DNA of 64,000 nucleotides, taken from the NCBI GenBank assembly GCA_944359725.1, contig CALVSY010000006.1, positions 1,876 through 65,875 of the forward strand. The letters are read 5' to 3'. The DNA is from an uncultured Bacilli bacterium. GTDB taxonomy: Bacteria; Bacillota_I; Bacilli_A; RF39; UBA660. Below, one piece after another: positions 40,355 to 49,581 of the stretch. The number at the start of each line of letters is the position of its first letter. The first letter of the stretch is position 1. The notes under the pieces were generated by a model, which did no database searches, was not told where the DNA came from, and saw nothing but the letters and a program-made list of their open reading frames with translations. The translations under genes and the position numbers were made by a program.

Positions 40355-40852
40355 TTACTCTTTAATATAATCTTTTAACTTTGCAAGTCTTGGATCTATC
40401 TCTTCCTTTTTATCCTCATCCGTAATAAGACGCCATCCATCACCTTCTAAAGGTTCTTCTTTAGCATCTGGTGCAAGAACTCTTAAAGGAATATCCACTA
40501 GTATATTTTGCCATACAATTGGAAAAATATCAAGGGTATTTTGATTAATTTCTAACGAATTTTCACTATTTTGACCAATTACATCATTAATTTTAATGTC
40601 AAACGGATATTTTACGTCCTTTAAAGTTCTGGCACAAGGTAAAATCATGGTGCCAGTAATATTTATATCAAGCTCTAATTCTTCTTCATTATTATATACG
40701 TATCCAATTACTTTAACCGGTGATATTCTTCTTATATCAGTTTTAATAAGCATTTCATCAGGAATTATTATTTCTCCTTCTATAGGCACTTTATATGCGT
40801 TATTATATATAATTTTACTTAAATCAATCTTCATATAACCATCACCAACCAA
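40355..40852 (-). CDS. YceD/YlbN (DUF177) family protein
   Basis: LPCARTL and IDPRLAKL motifs; sits before rpmF. Confidence 0.88.
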   Translation of the reverse strand: MVGDGYMKIDLSKIIYNNAYKVPIEGEIIIPDEMLIKTDIRRISPVKVIGYVYNNEEELELDINITGTMILPCARTLKDVKYPFDIKINDVIGQNSENSLEINQNTLDIFPIVWQNILVDIPLRVLAPDAKEEPLEGDGWRLITDEDKKEEIDPRLAKLKDYIKE

Positions 40853-40940
40853 TGTAAGATAATTATACTATCTTTTAGTGCATCATGCAAGTAAGTTGTA
40901 ACAAGATATAATAATATATGATTTTTAAAAATATTATAAA

Positions 40941-41846
40941 CTACTTTTCATAATAACTTCTTACATCTTTATTTAAATTAGAATTAAACTTCTTGTTTCT
41001 TATCATTTCTATTTCAAATTTATAAGGCGGATAACTTTTACCATCATCATACTTTATATAAGGTGTTTCAAGTATTTTAGGAACGTTTTTTAACCTTTCA
41101 TTATAAATAACGTTAATTAATGAATCAAAGCCTATATGGCCATATCCTATGTTTTCATGCCTGTCTTTTCTCGCACCCATATCATTTTTAGAATCATTAA
41201 CATGTACGCATCCTATTTTATGAGTTCCAATTACTTTATCAAAATGCTCTAAAAACTCATCAAAACGTTTAATGTCATACCCAGCATCATTTAAATGACA
41301 TGTATCTAAACATACCATTAACTTATCATTCAACTTAACACCATCAATTATTCTTTTAATATCTTCTAATTTAAAGCCTACTTCACTACCTTTTCCTGCC
41401 ATCGTCTCTAAACATATTAAAACGTTTTGATTAGAAGTTAAAATTATATTTAATGCATTTATTATGTTGTTTATTCCAGTATCAATATCTAAATCAACAA
41501 AACTTCCAGGATGAAGTACTAATTTTTTTATACCTAATTTTTCTACTCTTTTAATTTCTTCTTTTAAAAAATTAATTGCAAAAAGATACTTTTCTTCACT
41601 TTTATTGTTAGCTAAATTAATAATATAAGGAGCATGACAAACAACGTTTTCAATGTTAATATCATTTTCCTTCATTAATTCTTTAGCCTTATTTGTTAAA
41701 TCATCACTAATATCACATCTTTTAGTATTTTGAGGCGCTCCCGTATAAAACATAAAGGTATTCTCCCCATAACTTATAGCTTCCCTTGCACTTCCAAGTA
41801 ACTGCTCCTTACCATTAAAAGATACATGTGATCCTATTACTAACAT
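40941..41846 (-). CDS. nfo: Endonuclease IV
   Basis: HAPYIINL, LHPG, ETMAGKG, DTCH, HVNDSK, DRHENIG, ILETP. Confidence 0.95.
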   Translation of the reverse strand: MLVIGSHVSFNGKEQLLGSAREAISYGENTFMFYTGAPQNTKRCDISDDLTNKAKELMKENDINIENVVCHAPYIINLANNKSEEKYLFAINFLKEEIKRVEKLGIKKLVLHPGSFVDLDIDTGINNIINALNIILTSNQNVLICLETMAGKGSEVGFKLEDIKRIIDGVKLNDKLMVCLDTCHLNDAGYDIKRFDEFLEHFDKVIGTHKIGCVHVNDSKNDMGARKDRHENIGYGHIGFDSLINVIYNERLKNVPKILETPYIKYDDGKSYPPYKFEIEMIRNKKFNSNLNKDVRSYYEK

Positions 41847-41902
41847 AAATACACCTTCCTTCTATTAATAATTATACTAAATAATAGAAAAAGAGGCAAA
41901 AT

Positions 41903-41931
41903 AAAAAGATTGAATTAATTTCAATCTTTTT
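41903..41931 (-). terminator. Terminator of pilin A
   Basis: AAAAAGATTGAA / TTCAATCTTTTT arms. Confidence 0.75.
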
Positions 41932-42356
41932 TATGAACCAGTTACTTCACAATCAGTAAAAGTAATTGTTGCATCTTGACCAGAAATACTAATAGAATTT
42001 TTTGTATTTGTAGGAGTAATCATGTTATTAAATTGCCCTTTACCAGTTACTTTGATACTCCAAGAATTTCCACCAGAATCTTCAGTTACCGAAAGCTCAT
42101 AATCTTCATCATCAGCTTCTATGTCACTAGTATCTTTTATTTGTTGTAAAGTAATTCCTCCGGTTTGTGATGATGCGCATAACATTTTTGCATTTCTTTC
42201 AATCATTTGAACAGCATCATAAAATGAATCTCCTCTTGATTTTTTGATAGTGTTGTTGATTTGTGTTGTAGCAATAACCATTATGATTGCTAATACTACG
42301 ATAACCGCTAATAATTCGATTAACGTAAAACCTTTTTTGTTTTTTAATAATTTCAT
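41931..42356 (-). CDS. Type IV pilin A (class III signal peptide), faces the promoter in this orientation
   Basis: KKG|FTLIELLAVIVVLAII; Cys pair in the globular domain. Confidence 0.9.
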   Translation of the reverse strand: MKLLKNKKGFTLIELLAVIVVLAIIMVIATTQINNTIKKSRGDSFYDAVQMIERNAKMLCASSQTGGITLQQIKDTSDIEADDEDYELSVTEDSGGNSWSIKVTGKGQFNNMITPTNTKNSISISGQDATITFTDCEVTGS

Positions 42357-42407
42357 TTTTTCTTTCCCTTCCTTTTCTCCTTTTTTTACTTATAGTAAAC
42401 TGCTATT
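42259..42407. repeat. Left arm of a 149-bp perfect inverted repeat (partner 43575-43723)
   Basis: Hand alignment; covers the 5' UTR, SD and first ~33 codons of the pilin; similarity continues with mismatches for about 25-30 bp on each side. Confidence 0.92.
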
Positions 42408-42479
42408 AAATATCTATTTATCCTTAAGTATATTACTATAGGTATAAATACCTAATAGCAGTTTACTATTTTCATTTAA

Positions 42480-42508
42480 ATCTTATCATTATTGGAACAT
42501 ATTGTCAA
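42480..42508 (-). promoter_or_regulatory. sigmaA-type promoter inside the invertible segment, pointing at pilin A
   Basis: TTGACA(42508-42503)-17 bp-TGnTAAGAT(42485-42480). Confidence 0.7.
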
Positions 42509-42554
42509 TATTTATATTTTATAAAAATTATAATTGACATGAGATTTACAATAA

Positions 42555-43505
42555 TTATTTCATTAACTTATTGTATAAAATATTTATGCATTTTTCTTTT
42601 TGTGAAAGACTTGGATGAACATATAAATTTAATGTCATATTAATATTAGAATGTCCAAGTAATTCACTTACTGTTTTATAATCAATACCTAAGGATATAC
42701 AGTTAGTTGCAAACGTATGTCTTAATGAATGAAAATTAAAATGCTTAATTTCTAATTTTTTAAGAACATTATTAAAATAATTTCTGTATACTCTTGGTTC
42801 AATAAATTTATTAGAACCGGTTAAGATATAATTTTCATTATCACTTTTTAATGATTTTAATATTTTAATAAAATCCTTATTTAAAGGAATAATTCTGTTT
42901 GCGTTTTTTGTTTTTGGAGTTGATATTATAATTTTAGAATAATTATTATTTTTATCTTTTACATATATTCTTTGAATGGTTTTATTAATATTGACTAATC
43001 CATTGTTAAAATTAATATCTTTCCATTTTAATGCGCAAACTTCTCCAATTCTAATTCCTGCGAATAAACAAATTAATATACCAATATTTTTATAATTTAA
43101 ATTATTAATGGCATATTTCATTATCTTATTTTGCTCATCTTTTGTTAATACATACACGTTTTTATTAAAATTATTTTTTGGATAATTAAATTTTAAATTA
43201 AATACTTTTATTACCTTTTTATTAAATAAAAATCTTATACTTGCTTTTAAAATAGATATTATATCTTTTATTGTTTTTATAGATAATCCTAATTTATTTT
43301 TGCCACCATTTTTATATAGCATTAATATATAATCTTGAATTAATTCATGATTAATTATGTTAATTGAATAATCTCCTAATATTGGAATTATATAATTATA
43401 AATAATATTTGAATAATTCGCATACGTTGATTCTTTTACGTAATCTTTTTTATACTCTAACCATTTACACAAGTACTGCTTAAATCTTGTTTTTTTAATA
43501 GTCAC
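42555..43505 (-). CDS. Tyrosine recombinase/integrase
   Basis: GIRIGE (R), TPKT (K), HSLRH, LLGH, LNLYVH (Y); catalytic set intact. Confidence 0.92.
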   Translation of the reverse strand: MTIKKTRFKQYLCKWLEYKKDYVKESTYANYSNIIYNYIIPILGDYSINIINHELIQDYILMLYKNGGKNKLGLSIKTIKDIISILKASIRFLFNKKVIKVFNLKFNYPKNNFNKNVYVLTKDEQNKIMKYAINNLNYKNIGILICLFAGIRIGEVCALKWKDINFNNGLVNINKTIQRIYVKDKNNNYSKIIISTPKTKNANRIIPLNKDFIKILKSLKSDNENYILTGSNKFIEPRVYRNYFNNVLKKLEIKHFNFHSLRHTFATNCISLGIDYKTVSELLGHSNINMTLNLYVHPSLSQKEKCINILYNKLMK

Positions 43506-43574
43506 TTTTTTCTTCTCCTTCCAAATGGTTATTATATAACATTTAAGTAATATACTTAAGGATAATAGATGCCA

Positions 43575-43723
43575 AATAGCAGTTTACTATAAGTAAAAAA
43601 AGGAGAAAAGGAAGGGAAAGAAAAAATGAAATTATTAAAAAACAAAAAAGGTTTTACGTTAATCGAATTATTAGCGGTTATCGTAGTATTAGCAATCATA
43701 ATGGTTATTGCTACAACACAAAT
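43575..43723. repeat. Right arm of the 149-bp perfect inverted repeat
   Basis: Reverse complement of 42259-42407. Confidence 0.92.
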
Positions 43724-44135
43724 TAACAACACTATTAAAAAATCAAGGGCAAATTCGTTCTATGATGCAGCACAAATGATTGAAAGAAATACTAACATGA
43801 TATGTGCAAGTAGAACAGATGGTAATGGAGAATTAACGAAAGAAGACATCGCTGAATTAAGTGACATTGAATATAGTGGTTCTGGTAGTTCTGCTACTAT
43901 TACAGATGAGGATTATGATATTGAAATAACTTTGGGTTCAACATCAAGTGATCCATCAACAATAAAAATCATTGCTAAAACCGGTGGCCAGTTTGATGGT
44001 GTTGATTTAAAAGACTATTATCACTTAAATACATGCACCACTGGTAGTGGTACAACTTGTGAGGGTTCCAGAATGAAAGAATCATTTACTGGATTAGAAA
44101 GTAATTCTATGACATTTAAAGCAGAATGTCATTAA
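43626..44135 (+). CDS. Type IV pilin B (class III signal peptide)
   Basis: First 41 aa identical to pilin A; divergent C-terminal domain with 4 Cys. Confidence 0.9.
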   Translation: MKLLKNKKGFTLIELLAVIVVLAIIMVIATTQINNTIKKSRANSFYDAAQMIERNTNMICASRTDGNGELTKEDIAELSDIEYSGSGSSATITDEDYDIEITLGSTSSDPSTIKIIAKTGGQFDGVDLKDYYHLNTCTTGSGTTCEGSRMKESFTGLESNSMTFKAECH

Positions 44136-44143
44136 TTATTCAT

Positions 44144-44171
44144 AAAAAGATTGAAAAATTCAATCTTTTTT
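44144..44171 (+). terminator. Terminator of pilin B (could also terminate rsmD)
   Basis: Same 12-bp arms as the pilin A terminator, different loop. Confidence 0.75.
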
Positions 44172-44174
44172 ATT

Positions 44175-44732
44175 TTACTTTCTTTTTAATATAGTAACAG
44201 TTTTATCTCCATAACGTCTTGTTTTATAAATAATAAAATTACTATATTTTTCATAATTAATATCAAGTTCTGTTTCACATACTATAAGGACGTTATTAGA
44301 AAGTATTTTTATATTATCATTTATTGTTGTTAAAGATTTATCTAGTTCATTAGTTTTATATGGTGGATCTAAGAATATAATATCAAATACTTTTCTATTA
44401 CCTATAAAGTATTTTAAAGCGTCTTTTGCATCATTATTTAAAACATATGCATTATTAATATTAAGCATTTTAAGGTTTTCATTAATGGTTTTAATAGCAA
44501 TCTTATTATTATCTACTAAGAAAGCTTTTTTAGCGCCGTTAGATAATGCCTCTATCCCTAAATTACCTGTTCCAGAGTATAAATCTAGTATGGTAGAATC
44601 TTTTATATAATCTTGAATCATTGCGAATACTGATTCTTTTACCCGATCCATGGTAGGTCTTGTACCAACTATATTAAAGCCTTTTAATGTTCTTCCTTTA
44701 TATTTACCACTAATAATTTTCATTTGTATCAC
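44175..44732 (-). CDS. rsmD: 16S rRNA m2G966 methyltransferase
   Basis: TRPTMDRVKES, LDLYSGTG.LGIEALS.GA, DPPY. Confidence 0.92.
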   Translation of the reverse strand: MIQMKIISGKYKGRTLKGFNIVGTRPTMDRVKESVFAMIQDYIKDSTILDLYSGTGNLGIEALSNGAKKAFLVDNNKIAIKTINENLKMLNINNAYVLNNDAKDALKYFIGNRKVFDIIFLDPPYKTNELDKSLTTINDNIKILSNNVLIVCETELDINYEKYSNFIIYKTRRYGDKTVTILKRK

Positions 44733-45660
44733 CTACATTACATTTTATCATACTAATAAGTAATTTTAAATAATGCTTATCATTTAGTTTATTAATAGCA
44801 AATACTTTCTTACCTAAGTCTTTTAATGAAGCTCCTAGGTTATATAATTCATTGTTATCAATTATTATGAACCTGTCATAAAATGCATTTGTATATTTTA
44901 TTCTTAATAAAGGATACTCACTATTAAATTTATTAATATCAGTGTTATTTAATTTACTTTTGTTTTCATCTGTTATTAAAAGTACTACAACACTTACTTT
45001 CTTCTTAGATAGAATATCAAGCGTTACTTTATCTACATAATTATCTATTATTATGATTTCTTTATTTGCTTTACTTATAATATCTACTAAAAGACTATAA
45101 GCATCATATATCTCTCCACCAAAAAACAATTTACTTTTTAAGTCTTCTTTTCTATCGAATTTATCAAATATTATTTCAAAATTTTTATCATGTTCCTTTA
45201 AAGTATTTTCTATAAAATCTGTTTTATTTTCTATATTTATTATTCTTTTAAATACATTTTTATTTTCATTTATAAACCTTCTCATATAAACAAATGCATT
45301 CATTATGTTTACACTTATTTTAGCAGCATTATTTGTTTTCAAAACACTTGATAGCATCGCAACTCCCTGCTCTGTAAATACATATGGAAGTTTTCTTATT
45401 CCTCCATAAAAATTATCATTTGAAGTCCCAATTTGGGACTTCAAGTTTTGATATTCTTCTTTAGTTAATTGAAAATAAAAATTGCTTGGAAATCGTTCTA
45501 TGTTCCTTTTTACTGCTTGATTTATTGTCTTTGTTCCATTAGCGCACCCATAAAGAATGGCTAAATCACTATCTAGCATAACCTCTACACCTCTTACTTC
45601 ATATATCAAATTTTTTATATCTATATTTTCTTTTAGTTCTTGCATTTTTACCTCCTTCAT
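44710..45660 (-). CDS. ORF6N DNA-binding domain protein
   Basis: VMLDSDLA.LY, NQAVKRNIERFP, PYVFTEQGVAMLS. Confidence 0.85.
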   Translation of the reverse strand: MKEVKMQELKENIDIKNLIYEVRGVEVMLDSDLAILYGCANGTKTINQAVKRNIERFPSNFYFQLTKEEYQNLKSQIGTSNDNFYGGIRKLPYVFTEQGVAMLSSVLKTNNAAKISVNIMNAFVYMRRFINENKNVFKRIINIENKTDFIENTLKEHDKNFEIIFDKFDRKEDLKSKLFFGGEIYDAYSLLVDIISKANKEIIIIDNYVDKVTLDILSKKKVSVVVLLITDENKSKLNNTDINKFNSEYPLLRIKYTNAFYDRFIIIDNNELYNLGASLKDLGKKVFAINKLNDKHYLKLLISMIKCNVGDTNENY

Positions 45661-45710
45661 ACTTATAATTCTCTGTATCTTTTAAAATTCCCCTAAAAAA
45701 TAAAAAAGTG

Positions 45711-46019
45711 TTACTTTTTATTAGTAACACCATCTGTTATTTGTTTTATTCTGTTATTTATTTTAATAGATAACATGTTAATTTTATTTTGAATATCTAT
45801 ATATTCTTTTAATATCTCATTTTCTAATAACTTCTTTTTAGCTTCTATAAAATCATCTTTTATTTTATATTTTTCATATAACTCTTTAGCGTTTTTAAAA
45901 TTATCAATTATCTTTTTTAAATCAGGATCATTTTTTATCTCGTTTTTTATTTTTATTAATTTTTCATTTATATTAGAGTTTTGTATTTCATCAGTTATAA
46001 AATATGCTTTATCTATCAT
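45711..46019 (-). CDS. YlbF-like protein
   Basis: Short helical protein at the ylbF position (ylbD-ylbE-ylbF-rsmD order). Confidence 0.55.
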   Translation of the reverse strand: MIDKAYFITDEIQNSNINEKLIKIKNEIKNDPDLKKIIDNFKNAKELYEKYKIKDDFIEAKKKLLENEILKEYIDIQNKINMLSIKINNRIKQITDGVTNKK

Positions 46020-46023
46020 TTAA

Positions 46024-46245
46024 TCACCTCAACACGTTAATTAATTTACTTACCATATCTATTTTATCCATAAAATTATTTATTTTATCTTCGGTCCTTA
46101 ATTTATATTTTTCTTTTACTTCTTTGATGAAAGGATCAATCATATTAGGATTTCTATTTAGGGTTTTATACCAATATGAATTAGATCTTAGATATCTTTT
46201 ATAATCAGGATTAGAATCTATTATCAATTTTATTCTAGTGTCCAT
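46024..46245 (-). CDS. YlbE-like protein
   Basis: YLRSNSYWYKTLNRNP motif and gene order. Confidence 0.75.
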   Translation of the reverse strand: MDTRIKLIIDSNPDYKRYLRSNSYWYKTLNRNPNMIDPFIKEVKEKYKLRTEDKINNFMDKIDMVSKLINVLR

Positions 46246-46625
46246 TAATCTTCAAATTTTTTAAATACTTGTCTTGGCTCATAAGATGAAGAAGACGCAT
46301 TTGATCCCGTTTTAGATCCTGTTAATCCCTGCAGTAAACCCACTACTTTTTGCATGGAATTTACTCCTTTTTGAACCTGATTCATATCCACTTTTTTAAC
46401 CCAATCAACAAGTGATGAAAAGCTGAAATTTTGATTATTAGTAGCATTATCATTAGCTATCCTATCATTTTCATTTTTATATTTACTCCATACTTTTTCA
46501 TCATCACCATATAAGGACCAAATCTCATAAAATCTTTGCCAAGTCATGTCTCCTTTTGTTACGTAACTAATAAGTTCTGGTCTTTGTCTTACAAATGCTT
46601 TAAATTCTTCTTTTATGATAATCAC
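46245..46625 (-). CDS. YlbD-like spore coat protein
   Basis: EFKAFV...P.L...V.KG..TWQ.FYE.W.LYG.D..VW. Confidence 0.8.
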   Translation of the reverse strand: MIIIKEEFKAFVRQRPELISYVTKGDMTWQRFYEIWSLYGDDEKVWSKYKNENDRIANDNATNNQNFSFSSLVDWVKKVDMNQVQKGVNSMQKVVGLLQGLTGSKTGSNASSSSYEPRQVFKKFED

Positions 46626-46642
46626 CCTAATATAGTCTATGC

Positions 46643-47332
46643 TTATTTAGACATTTTTTTCATTTTCTTTAACATTATCTTATCTTCTTTTTTAACTCTT
46701 AGTGAATCACATATTTTGCTTATTGCCTTATTATATGTTATGTTATCTATTTTAGTATTTTTTAGATATTTTAATGTTTCTTTAGGATACTTAACATAAC
46801 AAATACTAATAAGCCATGCCTTTACCATCATTACGTAGTAAAAGTCGTTTTTATCATTTTCTATTAAATTAAATATATCATTTAAGTATTTATCTTCTAT
46901 AAAGTAAGAAATTAAAATATCAAAGGCACATCTTACTTTCCATGGGTTTTTACTTGTTATTATTTTATTTACATAACTAAAGGCTTTTTCTTTGTTTTTA
47001 TTTATTACTTTACAATTTGAAATAACCATGTCACACACGCCCCAATTATCTATTTTAAGCATGAATTTATCTAGTTTTTCAATCATTTTATCAAAGTCTT
47101 TAATACCTGATATAACAAGTCCTTCTACCATTATTTGTTCGTAATATTCATCTTTTACGTTTTTTAAAAAAGAATCGTAATCACCCTTTAATATTGAATA
47201 TGCTATTTTTTTTAATATAGGACTTCTTACCCCTATTGTTTTTTTATTAGTATTAACAATTTTATCATTAAATTCTTTATATTTTAAATCTTGATTAGAA
47301 AAAAGCATTTTTAAAAGTTCTTCATTAGTCAT
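46643..47332 (-). CDS. AlkD-like DNA alkylation repair protein
   Basis: IGVRSP.L, IDNWGVCD, YYVMM..AW. Confidence 0.85.
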   Translation of the reverse strand: MTNEELLKMLFSNQDLKYKEFNDKIVNTNKKTIGVRSPILKKIAYSILKGDYDSFLKNVKDEYYEQIMVEGLVISGIKDFDKMIEKLDKFMLKIDNWGVCDMVISNCKVINKNKEKAFSYVNKIITSKNPWKVRCAFDILISYFIEDKYLNDIFNLIENDKNDFYYVMMVKAWLISICYVKYPKETLKYLKNTKIDNITYNKAISKICDSLRVKKEDKIMLKKMKKMSK

Positions 47333-47381
47333 TATTACACCTCTTAAAATAATTATAACAAAAAAAGTTCCTAAACGAACT

Positions 47382-48020
47382 TTATCTTTGGCATATTATG
47401 GTTAATACATAAAACTCATTACTTTCATAAACTAACTCATAAGAAATATTTATTTTTGTTTTTTCATCAAGCACATAATAATAGCCATCTTCAAGCATTG
47501 TTTCAATATATTTCTCTTTAGTATTAACATTCATAAAGTTTTTTAAAATATTATTACAATCCTCGCTAACTGATGTAGTAGTAAAATCATTTTTTTCATA
47601 TATTAAATTTAAAGTTATGTAATTAACTTTATTGTTATCATCATAATATACATTTATGTAATCAGTTAAATTATCACCATGATTTTTATATGCGTAAGTA
47701 GTAATATAACTTTCTTTATCATTTGATTTTACTTCTTCATTAGATTCATCAAAACCTATTCTTTTAAATAATTCGCTTCTTTTAGAAGAAGGTATTTTAG
47801 CATAATCACCACTATACTCATTAACCATTTTATAACTGTTATCTCCATACATTAAATACCAAACATTAAAAGCACTTGATGCTAATAAAATGATTATTAA
47901 TATAATAATTAAAGATATTATTAAGGCCGTTCTTTTACTTTTATTTCTATCCTTTTTTTCATGGTATGTTTTTCCTGGAAACGCATCAAAATAAATCCCC
48001 TTTTTATTATCACTTTGCAT
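47382..48020 (-). CDS. Hypothetical membrane-anchored protein
   Basis: Single N-terminal TM helix. Confidence 0.7.
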   Translation of the reverse strand: MQSDNKKGIYFDAFPGKTYHEKKDRNKSKRTALIISLIIILIIILLASSAFNVWYLMYGDNSYKMVNEYSGDYAKIPSSKRSELFKRIGFDESNEEVKSNDKESYITTYAYKNHGDNLTDYINVYYDDNNKVNYITLNLIYEKNDFTTTSVSEDCNNILKNFMNVNTKEKYIETMLEDGYYYVLDEKTKINISYELVYESNEFYVLTIICQR

Positions 48021-48079
48021 AACGTAACACCTCTATTTTAAATGATAACATTTATTTTCAAATTAAACAATACTTTAGA

Positions 48080-49555
48080 TTATTTCCTTTTCGTGTTTAA
48101 CAACGTTTTTATTTCATCTTCAATAAATGCGTTTTCTTTTTCGTATTCATCAAATAACTCATTTATAGATAATGATGATACTAAAGATTTTTCTATTTTA
48201 ACTAATTTATTATTTCTATTTTCTGTTTTATTTATAACATCAAAGCCTTTATGATCTTTCTTACAAAAAACACCTAAAATTATATATACGTTATCTTTTA
48301 ATAATCTATAAGTTATTCTAATATCCTTTACTCTTAATTTAAATACTTTTCTTAATTTTGTTATGCTTGTTCTTTTTTCTTTAGCACCATCTTTTTTTAT
48401 TAAATTTAGTCCATATAATATATCATGATAATATTCATTAGGAATGTTATTTCTAATAATATCTTGATATATTTTATTTTTTCTTTCTAAAAACCCGTAA
48501 TAAAAAATTATGTTTTCGTTATTATCTTTTTTATTAACTTCTTCTTTTTCATCTTCTAATTTATATAAGTAATTAGTTATTATGTTTTTTAAGTTTAAAT
48601 CCTCTTTTGAATCACTAAGTAAGTTAATTATTCTGTTAAGTATTATTTTTATGTTATAATCATGCTTAATTGAATCTAAGAAAGTATAAATATCGCAAGG
48701 TTCTTTTAAATACTTAATAGCGGCCAAATAATTTTCACATATATAATTTTCTTCTTTTAAATCTTCTATATCTTCTTGTTTTTCATCATAAGATAAGTCA
48801 TTGTCAAAATACGTAACTTTTTGTTTTACCTTGCTTTCTTTTTCTGATAATTCTTCTTTTGGCCTATTCTCTATTTTTAATAAATAATCATTTAATTCTT
48901 TTAATAAAGTTTGCTTTAGTTCTTCGTCTTCTTGCTTGTTAATTAAATCAAGTACTAAAGATAAGTTTCTTGGAATCAATCTGTTATTTTGTTTAATATC
49001 TTTTATGGTGTAACTTAAAAAACGCTCTGTTTGTTTTAGATTTTCTTTTTCATTTAAAGTGCTTTCATATAAATCAATCATTACGCCTGCAACATACATA
49101 ACTATTTTTTCATTTATTAAGAATAGCTCTTCATCTCTTTTTTTCATTTCAATTAATTTTTCATATATAGGTTTTAATCTTGGATTATTTTTAGAGCGAG
49201 CGCTTATGGTATTTAAAAAGTTATCACTAAAAATAATGTTTTTAGAAAGTCCATACGCTCTTAATTTTTTATTTACCTCTTTATCATGATTTTCAAATAA
49301 CACTTTATATTCAAGCATCTTTTCCACCGCGATAAGGTTTGTTTTACTTACCAAGCTTGTTAATTTATCAAGTAATTCATCATTAAACGATAAGTTGATT
49401 ATGTTTTCTTTTTTGAATTTTTTACCCTTTGGTTTTAACGCATCATAAACCGGTTTATAATCTAGTAAATTCTTATTAAGGCTAATTATTTTTTTATCTA
49501 TTTCTTTTATTTCTTCATTAATTAAGTTAATTAACAACATGCACAATTTTATCAC
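48080..49555 (-). CDS. Large helical protein with a C-terminal RelE/ParE-like domain
   Basis: C-terminal KVFKLRVKDIRITYRLL...YIILGVFCKKD. Confidence 0.65.
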   Translation of the reverse strand: MIKLCMLLINLINEEIKEIDKKIISLNKNLLDYKPVYDALKPKGKKFKKENIINLSFNDELLDKLTSLVSKTNLIAVEKMLEYKVLFENHDKEVNKKLRAYGLSKNIIFSDNFLNTISARSKNNPRLKPIYEKLIEMKKRDEELFLINEKIVMYVAGVMIDLYESTLNEKENLKQTERFLSYTIKDIKQNNRLIPRNLSLVLDLINKQEDEELKQTLLKELNDYLLKIENRPKEELSEKESKVKQKVTYFDNDLSYDEKQEDIEDLKEENYICENYLAAIKYLKEPCDIYTFLDSIKHDYNIKIILNRIINLLSDSKEDLNLKNIITNYLYKLEDEKEEVNKKDNNENIIFYYGFLERKNKIYQDIIRNNIPNEYYHDILYGLNLIKKDGAKEKRTSITKLRKVFKLRVKDIRITYRLLKDNVYIILGVFCKKDHKGFDVINKTENRNNKLVKIEKSLVSSLSINELFDEYEKENAFIEDEIKTLLNTKRK

Positions 49556-49581
49556 CTACTATAATTATAACATAAAAGAAA

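Larger units (their letters stand above)
42408..43574. mobile_element. Putative invertible segment carrying the pilin promoter and a tyrosine recombinase
   Basis: Bounded by the inverted repeats; one clear outward-facing promoter. Confidence 0.75.

Noticed and set aside
42555-43505. Integrase as the edge of a prophage or ICE
   Set aside because: No phage or conjugation genes nearby, and it is enclosed by inverted rather than direct repeats.
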